From positions 1-25,622 of IMG/VR virus record IMGVR_UViG_3300008117_000365: DNA of 25,622 bases; one strand, 5' to 3'. The notes under the pieces were generated by a model. The model saw only the letters and a program-made list of their open reading frames with translations, made no database searches and had not been told where the DNA came from. Both the position numbers and the translations under genes were made by a program. The stretch's first letter is position 1, and every line of letters begins with the position of its first letter. This document shows positions 17,601 to 25,622 of this stretch, one piece after another. This DNA is from a virus. Taxonomy: Duplodnaviria > Caudoviricetes.

Positions 17601-19738
17601 ATGTGTTTGTAAATCAATATGGACAAATCTATTCTTATGACACTGTAGATACTGGATTCCAAGCATTTGTGGATGCTGACACTCCTCAGATACAAACTGT
17701 ATTTGGTGGTGATACATTTATCAGCAGATTTACATTTAAGACCAAGCTTCCATTCTTCATTGATAATCGTGTTAATGCTCCAGATGATAGTGACATATTC
17801 TATGATGAGATAGGTAACATAGCTTATCCGAAATACTGGCATTCAGCTCGTTCTATTTTAAGTAACTACACAAGTGGTGGTGGTTTGCTCACTAACATTA
17901 TTTCCTACAAAGCTCACGAGTTTGATTGTCCAAATAGTCAATTACCTGCACCTCCAGCTGAAAATCCTAATAGAACTTTCTATGATGGATATTTCTACAT
18001 GTTTGCTTATGGTATTCCCAACTTCTATTGTGAAAGTTCTTATAATGTAGATTTACGTCAGGCGTTCAATAATAGAGAAGGAGACTACTGGCCTCATGTA
18101 AGTACAGGTATTCCTGATGACTGGGTACAAGAAAGCTTTGTTCCTATTGCTCAGGATAACACTTATTACTATAATGTTACATTCTCTAAACAGAACAGGG
18201 AGAACACCTTCACTCACCTGCCTATAGATTGGGACAAACCTTGTTACACCTACTATCCATTCAGGGCTATTTATTCTGATGCTCAGAACATAGATGCTGA
18301 TAACAGGGTCAATAGCTGGTTAATCTACAGATCAATATCTTATTTTGACTTCCCTCAGAACTATGGAGACTTAATCTCTTTAGATGGTATTCAGAACAGA
18401 GCTGTGTTAGCTAGATTTGAGAACAAGACGTTGATGTACAACAACTTGTTGACAATCGATACTAGCAATCCTCAAGCTGCTTATGTTGGTAATCCTATGC
18501 TCTTCAGAGGAGCTCCTCCAATTGATTTTGCTGAAACTGATTTGGGGTATGTAGGAACCCAGCACAAGATGCTTCTGAAGATTCCACAAGGACAGGTAAC
18601 TATTGATGCTAAACGTGGTCAAGTTTTCTTAATCACTGGTACACAAGCTGTGGATCTATCAGGATTTGGTTCAGGACTTAATAGGTTCTTTACAGACCAT
18701 CTAGCATTTGAAATCTTACGTTACTTCCCAGATGTACCTGTAGACAACCATTATAACGGTATTGGTTTACATGGTGTATATGATAGCAAGTATGATAGAG
18801 TATTAATAACTAAGCTTGACTACATCCCTAAGAGCAGTGATGTTAAATGGGATGCTGTAAATAGAGAGTTCTATGTAGAAGAGGTGTATCCTCAAAATGG
18901 TCCTACAACAACTAGCACCACTACACTAGCTGGTACTACAACAAGTACCACTACTAATCCAGGAACTTTCACTACCACTACAACTATTCGTCCTATAGTT
19001 ACACGTAAGGTGGTGTATGTTACAGATCTAGAATACTTCTGTAATAAGAGCTGGACTGTGTCATTTAACTTCAACACTAAGAGCTGGATAAGTTTCCACA
19101 CCTATTTCCCTAACTGGTACATTGGTGAGAACAACTTCTTCTACTCTGGTATTAATGGATGTTGCGAAGATCTTGATGCTATTGTTGGTACACTTGGACC
19201 TATTCCAACTACCACCACTACATCTAGCACATCTACAACATCTACAAGTTCTACAACAACTACCACTACAACAAAGAGTTGTAACTTAGAAGGATCTGCT
19301 GTAGAGAAAAGTTGTAATCTTGGAGGATCAGCAATAGTGATTGGACCAACTCCACCTCCTCCTTGTACAAGGCCTTCAAGTTTAATAAATGATGTATTCT
19401 TTACAGGATACGATATTATATCTCCACCATCTAATGTTGTTTCTACAGGAAGCTTAATAGCTGCATGTAATGCTGTGGTATATTTGAATGCAAACATTAT
19501 AGATGGAGTTTATGTAAACGTTATACCTACATTCCTAACCATCCAATATCAAGGACTTTATGTTGGATCTAAGGTGTTTGTAGCAAATGGTACAAATAAT
19601 TGTGCAACCATCCCTGACGGCTGGTACTTTACAGGAGCTTCTCAGTCAGTGAACACAGTGTTCCAAGTGGTGGGTGGACTAATTGTATTTATTACTAACT
19701 GTAGTACAACTACCACAACAACAACTTCTGCACCTTAA
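14651..19738 (+). CDS. Muzzle / tail stabilisation protein (P22 gp10-like), main N-terminal part with Thr-linked extra domain
   Basis: 1695 aa with N-terminal GLNMD...YALNA, IYWTDGYNPRRY, GYLRDEVYAF, FGGDTFI and late GVYDSKYDRVLIT / WISFHTYFP motifs of this family. Confidence 0.75.
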   Translation: MAEQEQGNVRQEYNNATTGLNMDQTVNQIPKGKLTYALNAVVENFDANSVNYQNEPGNEPCVSFPSGFVLVGTHFIQERNKHIFFITNPETGGSQIGYMENNDCIYRVLVNAPCLNFNVNYPILKAAHKITNCTTEIYWTDGYNPRRYLDIDDIPKILKSGTPFCNPEYTDDVDCNQLKLQPNFKIPQLEVVDVTSTGNLIAGTYQFAIQYSDPQGNPYTSYYSVTNPTPIADEFITSVNFNYPVGKSIILNISNLEDTGLYQYFNLAVIRTVNAITSVELVGTYYIDNVQKQITYTGQNVTQIRLTVDDIFEKFPYYDIAQDLTNVQDILVWDNLTSIDRINYQSIANQINLLWESWRIPANENYADELNATNLRGYLRDEVYAFEIVFLLRNGKQTDGFHIPGRIKGPSETLQPDVPDTNPDFIGNPDYASGGIGYSPYWKIYNTGSVIGTSPGYSPAPEYKGPYQYGQFGYWESTDTYPCNVDVWGDLAGQPIRHHKFPDINISPAYESKIFLGPNTMVQGNDAVFPIGVQIDVQQVSALIQASNLTQEQKDEIVAFKIIRADRGTNKSIVAKGILRNVNTYEREKQTYFYPNYPYNDLNQDPFLNSTNNAWSQICDGYNVIITVLGPDPNGGPDFAEVQYTDCNTNKQGTQKYYSIGTFPLCSTSKPVILAPAEGKTGLSTYEEWTVTICPPTFLKAGGRIEWDDIYEGISQTWVNGWPSVDTLTLSVVPGTGGPVAIENPENICITGPVLVTGKNCKIQNPQPGFTEKYRQIFNSPETSFGQPFLGDILKLESVMFGGGKAHFVEVRNNAKYRLLTKEAQEDALNSSNELGKLTSPFSASAMFAAYQAYLTIYVNGITRKNYAYSFNSVADYNYGVGVPDNQGIKQRTLDIARYLIPGVQNVGDIHNINNFQRESSVYLRTDIGKQALPFPDQSPNMLSGIVPIVTDKSRFTISEAGNCDVPAKEEDISVVSYYASLKNVFVNQYGQIYSYDTVDTGFQAFVDADTPQIQTVFGGDTFISRFTFKTKLPFFIDNRVNAPDDSDIFYDEIGNIAYPKYWHSARSILSNYTSGGGLLTNIISYKAHEFDCPNSQLPAPPAENPNRTFYDGYFYMFAYGIPNFYCESSYNVDLRQAFNNREGDYWPHVSTGIPDDWVQESFVPIAQDNTYYYNVTFSKQNRENTFTHLPIDWDKPCYTYYPFRAIYSDAQNIDADNRVNSWLIYRSISYFDFPQNYGDLISLDGIQNRAVLARFENKTLMYNNLLTIDTSNPQAAYVGNPMLFRGAPPIDFAETDLGYVGTQHKMLLKIPQGQVTIDAKRGQVFLITGTQAVDLSGFGSGLNRFFTDHLAFEILRYFPDVPVDNHYNGIGLHGVYDSKYDRVLITKLDYIPKSSDVKWDAVNREFYVEEVYPQNGPTTTSTTTLAGTTTSTTTNPGTFTTTTTIRPIVTRKVVYVTDLEYFCNKSWTVSFNFNTKSWISFHTYFPNWYIGENNFFYSGINGCCEDLDAIVGTLGPIPTTTTTSSTSTTSTSSTTTTTTTKSCNLEGSAVEKSCNLGGSAIVIGPTPPPPCTRPSSLINDVFFTGYDIISPPSNVVSTGSLIAACNAVVYLNANIIDGVYVNVIPTFLTIQYQGLYVGSKVFVANGTNNCATIPDGWYFTGASQSVNTVFQVVGGLIVFITNCSTTTTTTTSAP

Positions 19739-19750
19739 CACAATATAACA

Positions 19751-20359
19751 ATGACAGTATTAATAACATTAACAACAGCTGGAACGGATACAGGTCCTTT
19801 TGATCTCTACTCAAATGTAGATGGTTATGTTTCAGCATTTGAAACAGGAGTGTCTAAAGCAGCTCTTGTAGCTGGTTATTCTTCTTCACTTGTGCCTAAT
19901 GGTACAACAATCATAAGAGTAAAGTCTACAGGCACTTGTTTAAACTATATAGACATTATAGTAGTTACAACAACTACAACCACTACTACAATTGTACCAC
20001 CACCTACAACAACTACTACAACAACTATTTTTGGAGATACATTCTTTATCACAAACGGTAGTACAAATAGTACGATAAATAACATTACAGTTTCAGCAGC
20101 TTCTTTCTACTTCCTCAATACAGGATCATTGCCTGTAGGACCTAGTCAAACTGCTTCAGGTACTCATTCTGCATTAGTTTCAGCTAATATTGATGTAGAT
20201 GTTACTCAGTCTCTTGGTAATGCATGTCTTACACTTTATGTAAATACAATAGCTGTTGCACAGCAGAATGTAGGTTCAACAGGGGTTTACACCTTCACTG
20301 GAATAACCTTTGGAACAACTGATTTAGTAGAGTTTGAGATTGTAGATGGAACTTGTTAA
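19751..20359 (+). CDS. Two-domain Thr-stalk appendage protein inserted in the muzzle locus
   Basis: N-terminal domain of about 70 aa paralogous to the N-terminus of 20370. Thr tract at about 19966-20027, then a beta-rich C-domain. Confidence 0.6.
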   Translation: MTVLITLTTAGTDTGPFDLYSNVDGYVSAFETGVSKAALVAGYSSSLVPNGTTIIRVKSTGTCLNYIDIIVVTTTTTTTTIVPPPTTTTTTTIFGDTFFITNGSTNSTINNITVSAASFYFLNTGSLPVGPSQTASGTHSALVSANIDVDVTQSLGNACLTLYVNTIAVAQQNVGSTGVYTFTGITFGTTDLVEFEIVDGTC

Positions 20360-20369
20360 ATAAATAAGA

Positions 20370-21236
20370 ATGGCTAAAACAATCGTCATAAAGTTAACTT
20401 CCTCAGGACCTACAGCGGGCCCTTTTACAATCACTGATGAATTTGGTAACATTCTGGCAACAGGTGTTACCAAAGATCAGTTGATTGAAGGGGTGAGTTA
20501 TAGTGTTGCTGATAATGTTACTATGGTGACTTTGGAATCCACTGGTAAATGTAAAAGCAAGAAAACATTCCCTGTTGGTGTTACAAATCCAGTTGATTTA
20601 GCATCCGCAGAATACACACAGGTGAGAACAGCTTGTCTCTGGAGACACCTGAAGAACCCAGTGATATACAACTACTTCTATGGAAACATAGAACAATACA
20701 TCATTGAGTATCCTTTTGCTTATCAGTATCAGGATGAGATTCTTCAGAGTGTACAAGATTACACCAAAGCATACAAGTACTTCCCTGATCCAGATGGTGT
20801 GTCTGATGACAACCGCAAGATAGAAACTGATGATGCTTGGTTTAATAAGGCTGTAGTGTACAATGGTCAACAGTCTTCTGGTATACTTGAACTGGTTCCT
20901 AAACCAATCAACAACCTAAAGGAGTATTTGAAGTATCCTATATACAACACTGATAGTAAGACAATTACATTCACCAAGAGTGATAACTTCTATCAGTATA
21001 ACACATTCTGGTCATTGGTTAAGTATAAGCAGGAACCTCTGTTCGTGCGCACGTGCGAGGGTCTGTCTATAGATAAGTTAGTAAACCAAGCAAATATGGA
21101 TTATGGTAAGAGATCCTTTAAGAAGGAACCTCTGCGTGCTAAAGAATTGAAGGTGAGACACATCCTAGATAATAGATATGATGCGCATCTGGTTAGCCAG
21201 TTCATTATTACACCAGCTCAAATCTCTTACAAATAA
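20370..21236 (+). CDS. Probable C-terminal part of the muzzle protein fused to an extra N-terminal domain
   Basis: After the paralogous N-domain comes LWRHLKNPVIYNYFYGNIEQYIIEYPF...FNKAVVYNGQQSSG...LRAK, the kind of segment expected to follow the WISFHTYFP motif in unsplit muzzle proteins (recalled family pattern, not searched). Confidence 0.6.
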   Translation: MAKTIVIKLTSSGPTAGPFTITDEFGNILATGVTKDQLIEGVSYSVADNVTMVTLESTGKCKSKKTFPVGVTNPVDLASAEYTQVRTACLWRHLKNPVIYNYFYGNIEQYIIEYPFAYQYQDEILQSVQDYTKAYKYFPDPDGVSDDNRKIETDDAWFNKAVVYNGQQSSGILELVPKPINNLKEYLKYPIYNTDSKTITFTKSDNFYQYNTFWSLVKYKQEPLFVRTCEGLSIDKLVNQANMDYGKRSFKKEPLRAKELKVRHILDNRYDAHLVSQFIITPAQISYK

Positions 21237-22087
21237 TGGCAAAGAAGCTTACATCCACAAAAGCAAGAAAGATATTGCACGACAAAGAAGTGCATGGGCA
21301 ACCTTTGACTGACAAACAGCGCAGGTTCTTTGGTGCTATTGCTGGAGGAGCTAAGCCTTACAAAGCTGAATCTGGAGGATGGTTAGATAAGTATGATGCT
21401 CCTAAAGCACAGAACGGTATAGAGGGAACAATGGGTGGATTGACAGATAAAGGATTTAATTACAACGGTGCATGGGGTGGCCCATCTATGCAAACTGGTG
21501 GTAACATTCAGCCTGCTATGGCTGGGGCTAATCAAACTGTTCCTATGGCTCAATTAGGAGACAGTGTTAAACCTATCACCATGCAACTAGCAATGGGAGG
21601 ATCTATTCCTGGTGCTGTAGGGTTCACGTACGCACGTACAGTTGGAGCTGCTCCATCCAACGGACCATATGCTAAGAAGACAAAAGCTTCTGCACAGAAT
21701 GGTATGGAAATGAAATACTATCAGCAAGGGCTAGACTTCAAACCTAAGACTATTAGTCAGGATGGTAGTGAGATTCCTGTAGATCCTATGGGATATTGGA
21801 ACCCTGAGAATGTAGGTAACCCAGTAATCATCCCATCTAACATCATCACTATGGAGGGTGTAGATCAACCTCTCCTTGGTATATCTGATGAAGGAGATGT
21901 CCAATACATGGAACCAGGAGAAGACTATGAGTTTGAAGGAGAATATGTAACAGAATATCCTGTGGCTAAGAAGGGTATAAGTGTGAATAATGCTGATGCT
22001 CAACCTATTAAAAAGTTAGACCAATTACTTAACTTTACGAACTATAACAAACCAACCAAGGGCGGCTGGTTAGATAAATATAACTAA
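21236..22087 (+). CDS. Putative internal virion (cargo) protein with repeated AQxG/xxGG motifs
   Basis: 283 aa with TAATG coupling. GGWLDKY occurs twice and there are many KAQNG/MQTGG-like motifs. Located after the muzzle, where crAss cargo genes lie. Confidence 0.5.
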   Translation: MAKKLTSTKARKILHDKEVHGQPLTDKQRRFFGAIAGGAKPYKAESGGWLDKYDAPKAQNGIEGTMGGLTDKGFNYNGAWGGPSMQTGGNIQPAMAGANQTVPMAQLGDSVKPITMQLAMGGSIPGAVGFTYARTVGAAPSNGPYAKKTKASAQNGMEMKYYQQGLDFKPKTISQDGSEIPVDPMGYWNPENVGNPVIIPSNIITMEGVDQPLLGISDEGDVQYMEPGEDYEFEGEYVTEYPVAKKGISVNNADAQPIKKLDQLLNFTNYNKPTKGGWLDKYN

Positions 22088-22088
22088 T

Positions 22089-25000
22089 ATGAAAAAAGAA
22101 ATCCTAAAAATCGCTGGTGTTAAGTCTGAAAAGGAATTCTACAAAAAGTTTCCTGATGAGGCATCCTTCATGGCTAAACATGGAAAAGCTTTTAAGAAGG
22201 CCCAGATAGGTGCATATATTGGTGGAGAACAAGGTGCTGGTTTTCAACCAGTTGGCTTCAAAGATGTATATGATGAGGCTGATTATGCTATTACAGGCTC
22301 TACAGAAGATATCCGCAGAGAAGAAGCTTACAGACAAGCTGAGATTGCTGCTGCCCAACAAGCTGCTCAAGGTGGTGGAGGTAGAGGTTTTGGTAATATT
22401 GGAAGTACACTTGTGCAAGCTGGAGAAGCATTTGCTAAATCAGGTGCGTTTGCTAAGAAAGGTAAGAACATAAAGAAAGGACAAGGTGGGTTATACACTC
22501 CTCCTGGAACTCCTATAAGTTTACCACAGCCTCCTGGTATGAATTATGCTTGGGCAAACGTCAGTCAACAACCTGTTCCTATGCCTCCCCAGAGTGCAAT
22601 GTATCCTATGCAAACACAAGGTGCATCTTTTGCACCAACTAGTGGTGGTATAGATGTTGAGGTAAAAAAAGGAGATTGGATGCAACAAATAGGTAAGTAT
22701 GCTCCAGGAGTTGGTAAAATTTTTCAAGCAGTTCAACAGTTAAAAGATGAGAAAGAAGCTCTTCAAAGAGCTAGACAAGCAGAAGGTGTTAGTGATATTG
22801 CTTTAGAAGCTGCTAGAATCCGTCCTGAACAAACAGAACGCAAATATCTACGTCCTGAACAAATCACAAATACAGGAGAAGAGTTCTTCCCTATATATGG
22901 TGTAGGTACAAATGTGCTTGCTAGAGATGGTAAGATGGTAGGTGGAATCCCTGGTGAAATAGCTAACACGTTCGCTCCTAATACATTATACGATGATTTA
23001 GGATATGAGCCTTTAAATGATAGTGAGCGTTATAAGCAGTTCTACTATGGTGGTAGAACACACAAAGCTCAGAATGGTGACTGGTTACAGGGTGAAGGTA
23101 TTTATGACTTTGCTTCTGCTGGTGGTGGAGATCTTGCTAGCAATCTTATCACTAGTATTGGTGGTGAAAATGCTGGTGGTAATCTAGGTGGTAGTATTGG
23201 TGGAACTATAGGATCAGCATTTGGTCCTGCTGGTAAAATGATTGGTCAAGTAGGTGGACAATTGATTGGTGCTGCTTTAGATAGAAAACCTCAAAAGATT
23301 AAAAAAGCTAGAAAAGCTACACAAAGAAACATTCAATCAATGGCTTTACAACAGGGTATTCCTGGTGCACAAGCTCAATATACATCATTCATGAAGGATG
23401 GTGGAATGACAACATCTCCTTATGAGTGGGTAAGTCATACATGGCAACCACAGGTTATAACAACCTTTGGAGAGCATAAGGTGAAAGATCTTTTAAAACC
23501 TCCTGCTGATGCAGATATGCTCAGAGCTGGTGGTCATTTAAAAGCCTATACACCTCCTAGTGCAGCAGCTATGTCTACAGAAAGACCTATGATGCAAATG
23601 GGCGGTGAGCTTGAAACACACTGGGGTGGATATGCAGAACCTATGTCCTACAATCCCTACCTACCAGATGGTGGTGAGACCATTATGTTCAGAGGTCAAT
23701 CCCACGATGAATCTGATGGAAGAGGTAACACTGGTATTGGAATCACCTATGGTGACAATCCTGTAGAAGTGGAAAGAGGTGAACCAGCTATCAAAATGCA
23801 AGATGGTGGCACTCCTGGAGACTCTAGCCTTGTAGTGTTTGGCAACCTCAAGATACCTAAGTCTTACCTGCCATTCCTTGGACCAGAAGCAAAAGATAAG
23901 AAGTTTAAAACATTTGTAGCTGACATTTCTAAGAAAGAAAACACACAGACAAAAGCAGTTGATAGAGAACTACAAATGCTTGATCAACTGGAAGTTAGCT
24001 CACCTATTGATAAGATAACACAAAACGCATTGTCACACAGTATAGAAGGAAGAAATAGCAAACTCAAAGACTTTGCTAACAAGAAGATAAAAGCTGCCTC
24101 TCTGCAGAACGCTATTAATGATACAGCTGAAGAGATGGGGCTAGTAGCTGATGATTTAGCTAAGGGTAAGGTGAAGATAAACAAGGAAGCATTTAAAGAA
24201 GCTGCTAAGTTTGGTAAGATGATTAAAGCCCAGGGTGGTGCTGTCACTCCTCCTGTAAGCACTAAGGAAAAGGTGGCTGAAATCATGGCTTTGTATAACA
24301 GAGCTAAAGAAGTGAATGCTCAAAGTCCAGGTAAAAAGAATCCTTTTATACTAGAACTTCAGAAGAAATACCATGAATATTTCCCTGAAGTGGCTAAAAA
24401 AATTATTCTTAATGCTGGAGAAGTTACACGAAAAGCAAAAGGTAGAGGTATTAAATCTATAGCACAACTTGAAAAACTTCCTATAGAAACAATCCTTGAT
24501 ACAAATCTTGATGAATCTCCACCTGAGACTCCTCCTGTAGAAACTCCTACTAAAGAACCTCCCACTACAGTACAAACAACTACTGTTCAAACTACAATAC
24601 CTATTATTCCTTACAAAACGAATACGTTTGTAGATATACTTAGTCAGGCTCTTCCATATATAAGACCTACAGACATGGAAGAACTTGATCCTAATCAGTT
24701 GACAGGTGAGATGTATGCATTGGCTACCAATCAGTTAGAGCCTGTACAAGCTCAAACTATACAGCCTGTGCTTTCTGTTCCTTATGATATTTCCTATCAG
24801 GATATATTGAATGAGAACGAGGCTGCTTACAGATCACAACAAAGACTTGTAGGTTACAATCCTTCTCTCCAAGGTCAGCTGAGTGCACAGAAATATGCTG
24901 CTAATCAGAAGGTATTAGCTGAACAGTTCCGTGCTAATCAGGCTATGAAGGATCAGGTGTACAGAGATAATAGGAACATCCTTAACCAATATGGCCTCCA

Positions 25001-25541
25001 GAATCTAGCTATTCTTGATAGGCAATATGAAAGACAAGCAGCAGCTAAGTCTAAAACTAAGGCTACAACACAGGCTGCCTTGAATTCTATTAGTGATAAA
25101 TATCTGCGTAACCAATTGGAAAACAGGACTTTAGCTACATATGAGAACCTGTACAACTATCGTTATGATCCTAGGTTTAGAGCTATAAACATGAATGCTC
25201 CTTTCCAACCTAGAATACCTACAGTGTATATAGGACCTGATGGAAAGCAATATCAATCAGTTCCTGTTTTAGATGATAAGGGTAATGTCATAAGCTATCA
25301 ACAACAAGCTGTAGGTAGTTCCACAACTGCTCCTGCTGTTACACAAGCTCCTGTAAAGAATACTGTACCTGCTGCAGCTCCTTCTGCAGCACCAGTTCCT
25401 ATGATGGTTCTTCCAAGTCAAATGAAAGAGCAGCCTGATCCATTTAAAGAGGAAATAGAAATTACAGGGAAAAAAGGTGTTAAAGTGGACAAAAAGAAGA
25501 AGTTGAACAGTACTATTGTGAAAGCTTTTAAAAATCTCTAA
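22089..25541 (+). CDS. Large putative cargo/ejection protein with glycine zipper
   Basis: 1150 aa. Contains a glycine-zipper segment (GGNLGGSIGGTIGSAFGPAGKMIGQVGGQLIG), a GQSHDE...VEVERGE motif and Q/A-rich helical regions. Confidence 0.6.
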   Translation: MKKEILKIAGVKSEKEFYKKFPDEASFMAKHGKAFKKAQIGAYIGGEQGAGFQPVGFKDVYDEADYAITGSTEDIRREEAYRQAEIAAAQQAAQGGGGRGFGNIGSTLVQAGEAFAKSGAFAKKGKNIKKGQGGLYTPPGTPISLPQPPGMNYAWANVSQQPVPMPPQSAMYPMQTQGASFAPTSGGIDVEVKKGDWMQQIGKYAPGVGKIFQAVQQLKDEKEALQRARQAEGVSDIALEAARIRPEQTERKYLRPEQITNTGEEFFPIYGVGTNVLARDGKMVGGIPGEIANTFAPNTLYDDLGYEPLNDSERYKQFYYGGRTHKAQNGDWLQGEGIYDFASAGGGDLASNLITSIGGENAGGNLGGSIGGTIGSAFGPAGKMIGQVGGQLIGAALDRKPQKIKKARKATQRNIQSMALQQGIPGAQAQYTSFMKDGGMTTSPYEWVSHTWQPQVITTFGEHKVKDLLKPPADADMLRAGGHLKAYTPPSAAAMSTERPMMQMGGELETHWGGYAEPMSYNPYLPDGGETIMFRGQSHDESDGRGNTGIGITYGDNPVEVERGEPAIKMQDGGTPGDSSLVVFGNLKIPKSYLPFLGPEAKDKKFKTFVADISKKENTQTKAVDRELQMLDQLEVSSPIDKITQNALSHSIEGRNSKLKDFANKKIKAASLQNAINDTAEEMGLVADDLAKGKVKINKEAFKEAAKFGKMIKAQGGAVTPPVSTKEKVAEIMALYNRAKEVNAQSPGKKNPFILELQKKYHEYFPEVAKKIILNAGEVTRKAKGRGIKSIAQLEKLPIETILDTNLDESPPETPPVETPTKEPPTTVQTTTVQTTIPIIPYKTNTFVDILSQALPYIRPTDMEELDPNQLTGEMYALATNQLEPVQAQTIQPVLSVPYDISYQDILNENEAAYRSQQRLVGYNPSLQGQLSAQKYAANQKVLAEQFRANQAMKDQVYRDNRNILNQYGLQNLAILDRQYERQAAAKSKTKATTQAALNSISDKYLRNQLENRTLATYENLYNYRYDPRFRAINMNAPFQPRIPTVYIGPDGKQYQSVPVLDDKGNVISYQQQAVGSSTTAPAVTQAPVKNTVPAAAPSAAPVPMMVLPSQMKEQPDPFKEEIEITGKKGVKVDKKKKLNSTIVKAFKNL

Positions 25542-25613
25542 TCAATTCAGTTATAGCGATTTACCAAAAATTGTTATAGCTCTTGGAAAATTTAATTATT
25601 CATATTACATTTG
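25539..25613 (+). promoter_or_regulatory. Bacteroidota-type promoter for the next gene (outside the window) with two upstream TA(A/C)(T/C)-N7-GTTA boxes
   Basis: CTTG at 25582-25585, a 20 nt spacer, then TACATTTG at 25606-25613 (exact -7 consensus). Boxes at 25539-25553 and 25562-25576; GTTATAGC is directly repeated at 23 bp. Confidence 0.7.
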
Positions 25614-25622
25614 CTAACTTAA

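Noticed and set aside
9236-20359. Diversity-generating retroelement target/template pair in the fibre genes
   Set aside because: No reverse transcriptase and no long repeat pair differing at adenines was seen in the window.
21042-21058. Overlapping GC-rich palindromes CGTGCGCACG / GCACGTGC
   Set aside because: A single short occurrence inside coding sequence, compatible with chance.
24500-24600. Possible third (in-frame) deletion where ILDTNLDE abruptly joins the Pro/Thr-rich linker
   Set aside because: The frame is intact and a normal domain-linker boundary explains it. It cannot be supported without homologue alignment.
2076-25156. Short minus-strand and nested alternative-frame ORFs in the track
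   Set aside because: All overlap longer + strand genes with coherent motifs and show no recognisable domains, so they are treated as shadow ORFs.
1-25622. Stop-codon reassignment (TAG or TGA), known in some Crassvirales
   Set aside because: Long genes are uninterrupted under the standard code, and TGA ends genes with normal coupling. Reading through TAG 1999 or TGA 3811 does not repair either frame break.

Overview
A single + strand late (virion morphogenesis) module of a crAss-like phage (Crassvirales-type gene order), probably infecting a Bacteroidota host. The host inference rests on TTTG-N19-21-TAnnTTT(G/A) promoters and A-rich translation starts without Shine-Dalgarno sequences. Gene order: portal (5' end outside the window), a broken SPFH/band-7 gene, an acidic scaffold-like protein, major capsid protein, conserved crAss head/ring proteins, an auxiliary-capsid-like protein, Cys-rich tail hub/fibre genes, a terminator, an HTH-metallophosphoesterase, ring proteins, an IHF/HU-like protein, a muzzle/tail-stabilisation gene that appears split in two around an inserted gene, and two cargo/ejection-type proteins. 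The most notable points are: (1) a modular system of Thr-stalk appendages with paralogous anchor domains built into the split muzzle locus and other virion proteins; (2) frame breaks in the capsid and SPFH genes that look like internal deletions or recoding; (3) a non-coding layer made of tandem TAAC-N7-GTTA boxes at two promoters, a near-identical leader on two genes, a hairpin whose loop is complementary to that leader, and a GC-rich structured RNA after the capsid gene; (4) a recurring (K/M)AQxG(G) motif in the cargo proteins. Product calls come from motif recognition and synteny only; no searches were run.
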